This document shows positions 1 through 8,128 of a stretch of 57,685 nucleotides of DNA, piece by piece. Under the pieces are notes generated by a model. It saw only the letters and a list, made by a program, of their open reading frames with translations. It was not told where the DNA came from and searched no databases. The stretch is from an uncultured Candidatus Poseidoniales archaeon (GTDB taxonomy: Archaea > Thermoplasmatota > Poseidoniia > Poseidoniales > Thalassarchaeaceae): contig CAZMVZ010000006.1 of NCBI GenBank assembly GCA_964570065.1, positions 1 to 57,685 of the forward strand, given 5' to 3'. Made by a program: the position numbers and the translations under genes. The stretch's first letter is position 1, and the number at the start of each line of letters is the position of its first letter.

Positions 1-55
1 TAAGCACCGAGGTTCGCCGAGGTGTTCAGCCCAGCTGCACTAACCCCCCGAGCAT
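1..55 (+). rRNA. rrl: 23S rRNA, 3' terminal fragment
   Basis: TAAGCACCGAGGTTCGCCGAGGTGTTCAGCCCAGCTGCACTAAC resembles the last helices of archaeal 23S rRNA and lies just upstream of 5S; end approximate. Confidence 0.7.
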
Positions 56-130
56 CTAAATTTCGAGGTACACACTAGTGTGAGTCTCTGTCCAAAAGAG
101 CATATCAATTCGTATTCGAAGGAAGAGTTG

Positions 131-249
131 TGCACGGCCATAGCGGAGGGGCCCTACCCGGTCCCATATCGAACCCGGAAGTCAAGCCCTCCTGCGTCGA
201 TTCCGGTACTGTGGTGCGAAAGCCCACGGGAAAGGTCGTCGCTGTGCCA
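131..249 (+). rRNA. rrf: 5S rRNA
   Basis: CGGCCATAGCGG...CCCGGTCCCATATCGAACCCGGAAGTCAAGCC core; terminal helix GCACGGC (132-138) / GCTGTGC (241-247). Confidence 0.95.
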
Positions 250-311
250 CTCTCCTTCACCTCCCCGCAACACAAATTAACCGGTAGACGTTAGTCAATG
301 AAGGGGTAGAC

Positions 312-974
312 ATGCCAATTTCCACAGGAGACATTCTGGGCCACTCTCAAGTTGGCGTATATCTCAGTGTGATCGGAGACGTTCTTTTTATCCCAAGCAA
401 CCTGGAAGAAGAAATTGCCGAGGAGGTAGAATCCTCCTTCGACATGGAAGCACATCGACTTTCAATCGGAGGATCAGCTTTGCTCGGAAGCCTTGTCCGA
501 GGCAATAGGAAGGGAATTGCAGTAGCCGATATAGCAACTCAGGATGACTTGGACGAGCTTTCCAGTTTTGGCGACGTGGTGATTATGGAGAGTGGAGTCA
601 ATGCCGCCGGGAACCTCATTGAGTGCAATGATAACGGAGCAATCGTAAGCCCAACAATTCCAGAAGCAGGTGCTGAGATAATTTCTGATGTACTGGGCGT
701 CAAGGCGGTCCGTTCCCAGGTTGCTGGACATGGGACTGTTGGAAGCATGATCGTGGCAAATAACAAAGGGGTCTTGGTTCATCCGGATGTGAAGACATCA
801 GAGGTAGAGGCAATCGAGTCTGCATTGGGGGTGCCGGTAATGGTTGGGACTGTGACATTCGGCTCCCCATTCGTCGGTGCTGGTTGCTGTGCCAGTGACT
901 CCCATGCACTTGTGGGGTCGGGTTCCACGGGCCCCGAACTGAACAGGATAGAAGACGCACTCGGCCTTATTTAG
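312..974 (+). CDS. eif6: translation initiation factor aIF6
   Basis: Repeated GSLVRGN/GNLIECND/GSMIVANN units, GTVTFGSPFVGAG, and C-terminal TGPELNRIEDALG. Confidence 0.95.
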   Translation: MPISTGDILGHSQVGVYLSVIGDVLFIPSNLEEEIAEEVESSFDMEAHRLSIGGSALLGSLVRGNRKGIAVADIATQDDLDELSSFGDVVIMESGVNAAGNLIECNDNGAIVSPTIPEAGAEIISDVLGVKAVRSQVAGHGTVGSMIVANNKGVLVHPDVKTSEVEAIESALGVPVMVGTVTFGSPFVGAGCCASDSHALVGSGSTGPELNRIEDALGLI

Positions 975-2193
975 TATTGAAAATGGAGTATTCAACGTTG
1001 TTTTTGTCAATATTGGAATACACCCCTGGCATAGGATACTTCAGACCAGTTGCAGTATTGAAGAGAACCACCGATTCACTAACGGAGACCAATCCCGACT
1101 CCAGAGAGTTCCGATATGCTGCCACTGTAGCAGCCCCCTCTGGACACAGAAGCAAACCCTCACTCAGTCCAATCTGATTCTGCATTTCCAGAGTTTCACC
1201 ATCGGTTACAGAGATAGCGAAACCCCCTGACGACCTTACCGCATCTAGTATCATGAAGTCCCCAAGGGCGTAAGGAACTCTGATTCCTGAAGAAATAGTC
1301 TCAGCGTCCTCCCAATATTCGGCAAACTCATGTCCTTCTTCCCACGCTCTGACAATGGGCGCACAACCAGTAGATTGTACCGAGACCATTCTGGGTAATT
1401 TTCCATCAATCCATCCAAGTTCAATCAACTCTTGGAAGCCCTTCCACATCCCAATTATCCCAGTACCACCTCCTGTTGGGTAGAATATGACGTCGGGTAG
1501 GCTCCATCCCATCTGCTCGGCTAACTCCAAACCCATAGTTTTCTTTCCTTCAATCCTATATGGCTCCTTCAGAGTTGAAACTGCGAACCAGTCAATTTCA
1601 TCCGAACCATCAGCAATTATCTTGCCACATTCCCCAATTAGGCCATTCACAATGTGTGTGCTGGCCCCTTGCATCTGAGTTTCTCTGACATTAATTTCTG
1701 GTGTGTTGTCTGGGCATAGGACAGTACACTCAATCCCCGCTCTAGTTGCATAGGCTGACAAAGCAGATCCAGCATTTCCATTAGTAGGGATGGCTAGATG
1801 ACTTACTCCCAATTCTTTCGCCATAGAAACTGCCATCCCTAAACCCCTGGCCTTGAAAGATCCAGTTGGAAGCCTCGATTCGTCCTTTACGAATACAGAT
1901 TTGCAATCAACTCCGAATATGGCTTTAGAATTTTCAAGTGGAATCATTGGAGTGACCACTTCTCCTAGAGATACTCTATTTTCCTTCGAACCGACAGGAA
2001 GTAGGGGGGCGTATCTCCAGAATCCCGGCTCCTTCGAACCCTCAATAGAGCTCCGTGGAACTTCGGCAGAGATCCTTTCCAGGTCGTATTTTACAATAAT
2101 CGGCTTTCCCATTTCGGAAATCGTATGGACCTTTCCAGGCTCGTATCTCTTTCCCGAGTATGCGCATTCTAGATGACTTACGTAACTGTTCAT
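967..2193 (-). CDS. thrC: threonine synthase (fold-type II PLP enzyme)
   Basis: LPTGSFKARG PLP-lysine motif, PTNGNAG, EPYRIEGKKT, YPTGGGTG. Confidence 0.85.
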   Translation of the reverse strand: MNSYVSHLECAYSGKRYEPGKVHTISEMGKPIIVKYDLERISAEVPRSSIEGSKEPGFWRYAPLLPVGSKENRVSLGEVVTPMIPLENSKAIFGVDCKSVFVKDESRLPTGSFKARGLGMAVSMAKELGVSHLAIPTNGNAGSALSAYATRAGIECTVLCPDNTPEINVRETQMQGASTHIVNGLIGECGKIIADGSDEIDWFAVSTLKEPYRIEGKKTMGLELAEQMGWSLPDVIFYPTGGGTGIIGMWKGFQELIELGWIDGKLPRMVSVQSTGCAPIVRAWEEGHEFAEYWEDAETISSGIRVPYALGDFMILDAVRSSGGFAISVTDGETLEMQNQIGLSEGLLLCPEGAATVAAYRNSLESGLVSVSESVVLFNTATGLKYPMPGVYSNIDKNNVEYSIFNTK

Positions 2194-2231
2194 GCTTCCG
2201 AATTAGGCAGATGTCCAATGAATTTAACGCT

Positions 2232-2465
2232 CTAAACTGCCGTTGGGGCAACATGATCATCATTTTTCGTTCCAGAACTCCTAACTCTAGTCCAAACTTC
2301 CACCATTAAAAGATCATGACACTTTTTGCAGTAGTTGAATCTCTCATACGCTTCCCTGAAAGAGTATGCCTTATTCCCACTCGAAACAAGATAACCCTCG
2401 GGAGAGAGTCTGCTAACAATTGTCGACTTACTTTCACAGTCTTCGAAATCACATACAGGCATCAA
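2232..2465 (-). CDS. small hypothetical protein, putative Zn-binding
   Basis: CDFEDC...YCKKCH; start overlaps the BCCP stop, so it is probably co-transcribed. Confidence 0.6.
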   Translation of the reverse strand: MMPVCDFEDCESKSTIVSRLSPEGYLVSSGNKAYSFREAYERFNYCKKCHDLLMVEVWTRVRSSGTKNDDHVAPTAV

Positions 2466-2872
2466 TCGTCACTTCCCATTTTATTTGTTATTTCCATCAA
2501 GGGCATATTCGCTTCAACCCTCTCTCCCGGCTTGCACATGATCTTCTTTACACACCCGTCTATGCCTGCCTTAATCTCATTTTGCATTTTCATTGCCTCA
2601 AGGACAATTACTACGCTACCCTCCTCAACGTCATCTCCCTCAGACGCCATTATTGCCACAATCTTCCCCGGAATTGCAGAAGAAATTATTCCTGAACCAG
2701 ATGCTCCACTACTCTTTGCCGCACTCCTTTTTCTAGAACTCCTCCTCTCACTCCCCTCAACCTCAACAGTGTAGGTTATGCCTTCAATAGAAACCTCCCA
2801 ATTTCCCTCTTCCTGCTTAATTTCTACTTCGAACTCTTCCCCGTCAACAGTGACCTTCCTCTTTTCAGACAC
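2462..2872 (-). CDS. biotin carboxyl carrier protein
   Basis: LEAMKMQNEI biotinylation motif and IPGKIV. Confidence 0.95.
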   Translation of the reverse strand: MSEKRKVTVDGEEFEVEIKQEEGNWEVSIEGITYTVEVEGSERRSSRKRSAAKSSGASGSGIISSAIPGKIVAIMASEGDDVEEGSVVIVLEAMKMQNEIKAGIDGCVKKIMCKPGERVEANMPLMEITNKMGSDD

Positions 2873-2876
2873 ACTA

Positions 2877-3083
2877 TCACCTCTTTGAACTCCTAACTGT
2901 TCTCGCTTTCAGCAAGGAACTCTTGCCTATTGCCATCCTCCTATGGGAGGTCGACCAAGAACTGCCTCCATCTCGGCCCAGTGATGGTTTAATTGACCCG
3001 CCAGTTTCGTTTTCTATCAGCACCGAAGAGATTACGGCCGCAATAATGCGCATTTCTCTTTCTTCTTTGCCCATATTTCTCAC
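2877..3083 (-). CDS. small accessory subunit of acyl-CoA carboxylase/decarboxylase (delta/epsilon-like)
   Basis: [10 protein letters not shown]...SSWSTSHRR pattern; sits between the carboxyltransferase and BCCP. Confidence 0.55.
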   Translation of the reverse strand: MRNMGKEEREMRIIAAVISSVLIENETGGSIKPSLGRDGGSSWSTSHRRMAIGKSSLLKARTVRSSKR

Positions 3084-4633
3084 AACGGAATATTCCCATG
3101 CTTCTTCTCAGGTCTTGGCTCCTCCTTCTCGAGAATCGCACCCAACGCCTTCACCAGCACCGCTCTCGTTTCCGAAGGCATGACTACATCGTCGATGTAA
3201 CCTAAAGCTGCTGCCTTGTACGGATTTGCAAACGTTTCCTCATAGTCATCCACCAGTCTCTCCCTCTCTTGCTCGGGATTTCTTGAATTTGCTATCCTAC
3301 GTCTGTGGATAATTTGTACCGCACCCTCAGCACCCATTACTGCAAGTTCTGCGGACGGCCAAGCAATGTTGTAATCACCCCTAATATGCTTGGAAGACAT
3401 TACGTCATATGCACCTCCATATGCCTTCCTCGTAATTACAGTGAGTTTCGGAACTGTAGCCTCTGCAAATGCATAGAGTAGCTTGGCACCATGCCTGATG
3501 ATTCCCCCCCATTCCTGACTCGCTCCAGGAAGAAAACCAGGAACATCAACAAATGTCAGCAATGGGATGTTGAATGCATCACAGAATCGTACAAATCTTG
3601 CGGCTTTCACAGATGCGTCAATATCCAGACATCCTGCTAAGTGCATTGGTTGATTAGCAACAATGCCAATTGACTGCCCACCAAGTCTACCGAGTCCGAT
3701 GATGATATTTGGGGCAAAACCATCTTGAATCTCCAAGAAGCTCTCGGAGTCAAGAACCTCTTCAATCACTTCCAGAATATCATAGGGTATCGATGGATCA
3801 TCTGGAACTAGGGAATCTAAGGATTCACATTTCCTATCAAGAGAATCGTTGCTTTCTGAGACTGGTGCCTTTTGTAGGTTATTTGAGGGAATTAGTCCCA
3901 CTAAGTCTCTGACGATTTCCAATGCACTTTCGTCGTCCTTTGCTGTAAAGTGCGTAACACCAGATTTTGTGGCATGAGTCGAAGCCCCACCCAATTCTTC
4001 AAAACCCACTTCCTCATTCGTTACCGTCTTGATCACCTCTGGCCCAGTGATGAACATGTGTGATGTATCTTCTACCATAATCACGAAATCTGTGATTGCC
4101 GGAGAGTACACGGCACCTCCTGCGCATGGTCCCATGATTACAGAAATCTGAGGGATTACGCCACTAGATCTCACATTTCTAAAGAAAATCTCCGCATATG
4201 AGCCAAGACTCGCGACTCCTTCCTGTATCCTCGCACCACCACTGTCGTTCAAACCAATTACCGGAGCCCCAGTCTTTACTGCCATATCTAGGATCTTGCA
4301 AATCTTCAGTCCGTGCATCTCTCCGAGAGACCCCCCATAAACTGTAAAGTCCTGTGCAAAACAGTAGACTAGCCTGCCATCAATCGTGCCATGGCCACAA
4401 ACCACGCCATCACCCGGAATCACGTTCTTATCCATATCAAAATCCCTACATCGATGCTCCACCAAAGCATCTACCTCAGTGAACGAATCAGAGTCAAGCA
4501 TTTGCTCAATCCTCTCTCTGGCAGTCATCTTTCCCTTGGCGTGCTGTGCCGAGATTCGTTTTTGCCCCCCTCCAGATTGAGACTTAGACTTTCGACGCCT
4601 AAGGTCGTCAATCTTGTCGGAGTTGCCACTCAT
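3080..4633 (-). CDS. pccB: propionyl/methylmalonyl-CoA carboxyltransferase subunit (PccB/MmdA)
   Basis: [47 protein letters not shown]; start reassigned to MSGNSDK at 4633. Confidence 0.93.
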   Translation of the reverse strand: MSGNSDKIDDLRRRKSKSQSGGGQKRISAQHAKGKMTARERIEQMLDSDSFTEVDALVEHRCRDFDMDKNVIPGDGVVCGHGTIDGRLVYCFAQDFTVYGGSLGEMHGLKICKILDMAVKTGAPVIGLNDSGGARIQEGVASLGSYAEIFFRNVRSSGVIPQISVIMGPCAGGAVYSPAITDFVIMVEDTSHMFITGPEVIKTVTNEEVGFEELGGASTHATKSGVTHFTAKDDESALEIVRDLVGLIPSNNLQKAPVSESNDSLDRKCESLDSLVPDDPSIPYDILEVIEEVLDSESFLEIQDGFAPNIIIGLGRLGGQSIGIVANQPMHLAGCLDIDASVKAARFVRFCDAFNIPLLTFVDVPGFLPGASQEWGGIIRHGAKLLYAFAEATVPKLTVITRKAYGGAYDVMSSKHIRGDYNIAWPSAELAVMGAEGAVQIIHRRRIANSRNPEQERERLVDDYEETFANPYKAAALGYIDDVVMPSETRAVLVKALGAILEKEEPRPEKKHGNIPL

Positions 4634-4735
4634 GGGGTTTGGTGGGTGCAGGCCGCCCATGAGCATTCCTAAGGGGGAAGTGATTTCACCTTCCGGTTGC
4701 TTGAAGGCATATCGCCATTTGCAACTGGTTGAAAC

Positions 4736-5173
4736 ATGCGAGTTGTGATTGCTAAACCTGGTCTTGATGGGCACGATCGTGGCGCAAAGGTAATCGCCAG
4801 AGCACTCAGAGACGGTGGTCACGATGTTATCTACACTGGACTTAGAAAGACACCTTCTGACATTGTAAGGATCGTAAATGACGAAGATGCAGAAGTCCTC
4901 GGCCTCTCCACTCTTTCAGGGGCCCACGACTCCCTAATTCCGAAGATCTGCGATGGTCTGAGGGAAGAGGAACTGGGCGATGTCATAGTTTTTGCAGGTG
5001 GAATTATCCCTGATCGGGATCTGGAACTGCTCTACAATTCGGGAGTTAGGGCGGTTTTCGGACCCGGAACTCCCACTTCCGAGGTTCTGGGATTCTTGGA
5101 TGAAGCCAGACAAAGGAAAAAAGAGAATGTTCCAATCGGAGTCGGAGACGATTTGGGGTGGCACTGGAATTGA
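4736..5173 (+). CDS. methylmalonyl-CoA mutase, cobalamin-binding subunit
   Basis: [12 protein letters not shown] (DxHxxG), [19 protein letters not shown]. Confidence 0.95.
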   Translation: MRVVIAKPGLDGHDRGAKVIARALRDGGHDVIYTGLRKTPSDIVRIVNDEDAEVLGLSTLSGAHDSLIPKICDGLREEELGDVIVFAGGIIPDRDLELLYNSGVRAVFGPGTPTSEVLGFLDEARQRKKENVPIGVGDDLGWHWN

Positions 5174-6051
5174 GCGAAATCGACAAACTTCTAGAATTAG
5201 CAAAGTCGGGAGATCGTCGAAGCCTTTCCAGACTCATGACTGAGATAGCAGATTCAGAAAAAACTCCTAAATTTCACTCTGAGTCAATCTGGACTTTAGG
5301 GGTTACCGGACCACCTGGTTCAGGAAAATCCACCCTGATAGGTCGGTTGGCGAAGCAATGGGTCGATATGGGGGAGAGTGTTGCAATCCTGGCGCTTGAT
5401 CCTTCATCCCCAATCTCAGGGGGGTCCTTTCTCGCTGACAGGATTAGGATGGAAGCTAGCGACTTGGGGGACAAGGTGTTCGTCAGGTCAATAGCCTCCG
5501 GGAATACTCCTGGTGGAATTTCCCCACCAATTTGGCCAATGTGCCATGCTCTATCTCTTTGTGGCTGGTCCAGAATCGTTGTCGAAACCGTTGGAACCGG
5601 GCAATCAGAGTTCCGAATAGCCGCATTGGCAGATAGGCTTCTTCTTGTCGACGGACCAGACAGGGGCGACATAATCCAGGCAGAGAAGGCTGGCATTCTG
5701 GAGCTTGCCGATGTAATCGCAGTGAACAAATCAGACCTGCCCGGAGCATCTTTGTCGGCTCAGAGTATACGAACGTCTCTGAATCTCTCAGATGATGACT
5801 CCCGAGAAGTCATCCTAGTCTCAGCTCTGGAGGGGGAGGGGATCGAGAAACTGATTTCGGCCATTGAGTCTTGCGAAACACAGAGCGGCAGAAATGAGAT
5901 GATAATGCGGGAGGTCCTCATTTCTGAATGGGACTCCATTTTGGTCTCACATCCAGAAATCGATGAGATTATCACGAAATTGTGTGACAGTTCAATAACT
6001 ATTGATGAGGCGATTAAGTTACTGAGAGCATCTATTCCCAACGGCAGGTAA
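5158..6051 (+). CDS. meaB: MeaB/ArgK GTPase chaperone of methylmalonyl-CoA mutase
   Basis: GPPGSGKST, DPSSPISGGSFLADRIRM, ETVGTGQSE, NKSD. Confidence 0.92.
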   Translation: MALELSEIDKLLELAKSGDRRSLSRLMTEIADSEKTPKFHSESIWTLGVTGPPGSGKSTLIGRLAKQWVDMGESVAILALDPSSPISGGSFLADRIRMEASDLGDKVFVRSIASGNTPGGISPPIWPMCHALSLCGWSRIVVETVGTGQSEFRIAALADRLLLVDGPDRGDIIQAEKAGILELADVIAVNKSDLPGASLSAQSIRTSLNLSDDDSREVILVSALEGEGIEKLISAIESCETQSGRNEMIMREVLISEWDSILVSHPEIDEIITKLCDSSITIDEAIKLLRASIPNGR

Positions 6052-6055
6052 TCTG

Positions 6056-6700
6056 ATGACAGACCAATCAACAGACGTCTTCGTCGATCATGTCGGGCAT
6101 TCAATTGGGGGGATGGGGGGGCACGCCTTCAGGCGTCTAACCCACGTATCTATGGCATCTATACCATATCTCTACTACGTGCACGGGTCGACAATTTCGT
6201 CATACTTCTCTCTACAAGCCAGGGAATTTGTCAGTGCCATATGCGTACTAATTCTTGTTACCGAGGCCTTCCGACTAAGGACTGGAATTGTGATAGTGGG
6301 GCAGAGGGAATATGAATCCAGTCAGATTTCGGCACTTGCTTGGGGCGCACTTGCCGTGGCACTCGCAATACTGATTGCTCCAGAGGGTGAAAATGGTGGT
6401 ATGGAGGCTGGCAAGTATGGGGCCCCAATAATCCTGGGAATGACTCTCGTCGACCCTGTGATGGGGGAGGTCAAGAGGGCAATGAAAGACCTCCGAGCAG
6501 CCATCATTCTTGGATTAGTAGTATCCTATGCGGTTTGGGTGGGGTGCCATTTCTGGATCGGAACAGAGTTAATCGCAGCATTGTTGCTGGCCCCGCTAAC
6601 TGTTTTGGGCGAACTTCCACCTACGAGGGCGATTGATGATAATGCCACCATGGTTCTCTTCCCCTTAGTGGGGCTAGTCCTACTTCTGCCGTTCTTGTGA
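6056..6700 (+). CDS. membrane protein, dolichol/phytol kinase-like (CTP-dependent lipid kinase family)
   Basis: RRLTH near the N-terminus, DPVMGEV, DDNAT, about 7 TM helices. Confidence 0.6.
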   Translation: MTDQSTDVFVDHVGHSIGGMGGHAFRRLTHVSMASIPYLYYVHGSTISSYFSLQAREFVSAICVLILVTEAFRLRTGIVIVGQREYESSQISALAWGALAVALAILIAPEGENGGMEAGKYGAPIILGMTLVDPVMGEVKRAMKDLRAAIILGLVVSYAVWVGCHFWIGTELIAALLLAPLTVLGELPPTRAIDDNATMVLFPLVGLVLLLPFL

Positions 6701-6745
6701 TTCCACTCCCGTCATGTTTACATCCTAATTTCATGCCCCATGTGC

Positions 6746-6877
6746 ATGGATATTGGGGATAAAGAGCCAAACTCATCAACTGAGATGTGGGAATCCCCGT
6801 TGGGACAGAGCACATACATGTTCATCTGGGCACTTGCCTCTTTGGCTTCCTTCGCAATTTTCTTCAAGTATTTCTAG
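6746..6877 (+). CDS. candidate 43-aa single-TM protein (not in ORF track)
   Basis: MDIGDKEPNSSTEMWESPLGQSTYMFIWALASLASFAIFFKYF fills the gap between genes and has a hydrophobic C-terminus. Confidence 0.35.
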   Translation: MDIGDKEPNSSTEMWESPLGQSTYMFIWALASLASFAIFFKYF

Positions 6878-7172
6878 AAATGTGGATGCTCTTCTCTACC
6901 GCGAGGAGAACAGATTTGCCAGAAGTACCGCCAGGGCCACTGTAGCCCCCAATCGCCCCGTTCGAGCGGATAACCCGGTGACACGGGATCGAGATCGGAA
7001 AGGGGTTGGACCCACAAGCATTCGCAACTGCTCTGTAAGAACCAGGATTTCCAATAGCCTCTGCTATGCCTTTGTAAGTCCTGGTTTCACCAGGTGGTAT
7101 CTTTCTGATCTCGTCCCAAACCCTCCTCTGGAAGGCCGTCCCTTGGATATCTGGAGCTACTTCTTCTCCCAT
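6864..7172 (-). CDS. ogt: methylated-DNA-protein-cysteine methyltransferase (MGMT, short form)
   Basis: FQRRVW...IPPGETRTY...RAVANACGSNP...IPCHRVI; start reassigned to MGEEVA. Confidence 0.9.
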   Translation of the reverse strand: MGEEVAPDIQGTAFQRRVWDEIRKIPPGETRTYKGIAEAIGNPGSYRAVANACGSNPFPISIPCHRVIRSNGAIGGYSGPGGTSGKSVLLAVEKSIHISRNT

Positions 7173-7435
7173 CCGTCGCCTTCCAGATCTTCCATCCCAA
7201 CAATCTCGTAGTTCGAAGGGAATAGTGCTATTGCGACACCGATTACAATGCATGCGATACCGAACCAGAAAGAACCCCTGATCATCAACTCCATCCCAAT
7301 GGCGAATAGGATCAAACCTCCTAGGTTGGATACCCAAACAAGGGTCTTGAATGTGGAAAGGGAAACCCCACTAGCCCTCTTGGTTCTGTGGGGGCCGAAT
7401 TCTGCCCCAAATCTAACTGGATCGTCATCACCCAT
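7157..7435 (-). CDS. small 2-TM membrane protein
   Basis: Two hydrophobic segments; in tandem with the ferredoxin and ogt genes. Confidence 0.65.
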   Translation of the reverse strand: MGDDDPVRFGAEFGPHRTKRASGVSLSTFKTLVWVSNLGGLILFAIGMELMIRGSFWFGIACIVIGVAIALFPSNYEIVGMEDLEGDGWEKK

Positions 7436-7441
7436 CTTACT

Positions 7442-7774
7442 TCACCTGTCTATCATGATGATCGCATCGGTCGGACACGCTAAGACGCAAATCTTGCACC
7501 CGGTGCAGGGATCCCTCAGGATCCTCGCCTTCCTGTTGACGTCCACATCCATTATGGGGCTTGCAAGGGGGGTGTCGTAGAGCTCTATTGCATCATCTTC
7601 GCATACGATTGTGCACTGGTCGCAACCGATGCATAGCTCTTCCTTTACCCAAGCTACCGTGTCCTCACCGCCCTTGAGCAAGGCCTCCTCTTCGGCCCTG
7701 ACCGAGTTTAGTTGGACCCTGATCCTGGACTGCTCTACCGCCCTCCTCTTCAGGACGTCACCAACCTTGGTCAT
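7442..7774 (-). CDS. 2x[4Fe-4S] ferredoxin with N-terminal helical extension
   Basis: CIGCDQCTIVC and CTGCKICVLACP. Confidence 0.9.
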   Translation of the reverse strand: MTKVGDVLKRRAVEQSRIRVQLNSVRAEEEALLKGGEDTVAWVKEELCIGCDQCTIVCEDDAIELYDTPLASPIMDVDVNRKARILRDPCTGCKICVLACPTDAIIMIDR

Positions 7775-7849
7775 GATATCTCCAGTTCATTCCATAGAGC
7801 CGACCCTTATCATAGTGAGTTTGATTGGTGTTCCCCCTCACCGGCTTTC

Positions 7850-8116
7850 ATGAGCGCGACTGAATCCGCATGGTGGGCCGACCCAATGGTGTGGCTAGGG
7901 CTCTTGCAGGGTGGTGCCATTTGGATAGCCATGGCAGTTTACCTGAGCGTTCCAGCGGCTTGGATTTCACTTGCCTGTGGGGGCTTGATAGGGTTCTTCC
8001 TGTACTTGGTGGCACTGGGGTACGAGGACTACAGATTCGCCAAGGCAACTGTTTGGGGAGTGTTGATCAACACGGCTCTTTCATCAGTCTCGGCTCTGCT
8101 TGCCTTCATGCAGTGA
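7850..8116 (+). CDS. small 3-TM membrane protein
   Basis: Hydrophobic ORF from MSATESAWW; start reassigned. Confidence 0.6.
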   Translation: MSATESAWWADPMVWLGLLQGGAIWIAMAVYLSVPAAWISLACGGLIGFFLYLVALGYEDYRFAKATVWGVLINTALSSVSALLAFMQ

Positions 8117-8128
8117 CTTTCTCAGTCC

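Noticed and set aside
80-280. 66-aa ORF
   Set aside because: It overlaps the 5S rRNA gene
4634-4822. N-terminal 63 aa of the 580-aa carboxyltransferase ORF
   Set aside because: It overlaps the divergent mutase gene and promoter region; homology starts at MSGNSDK
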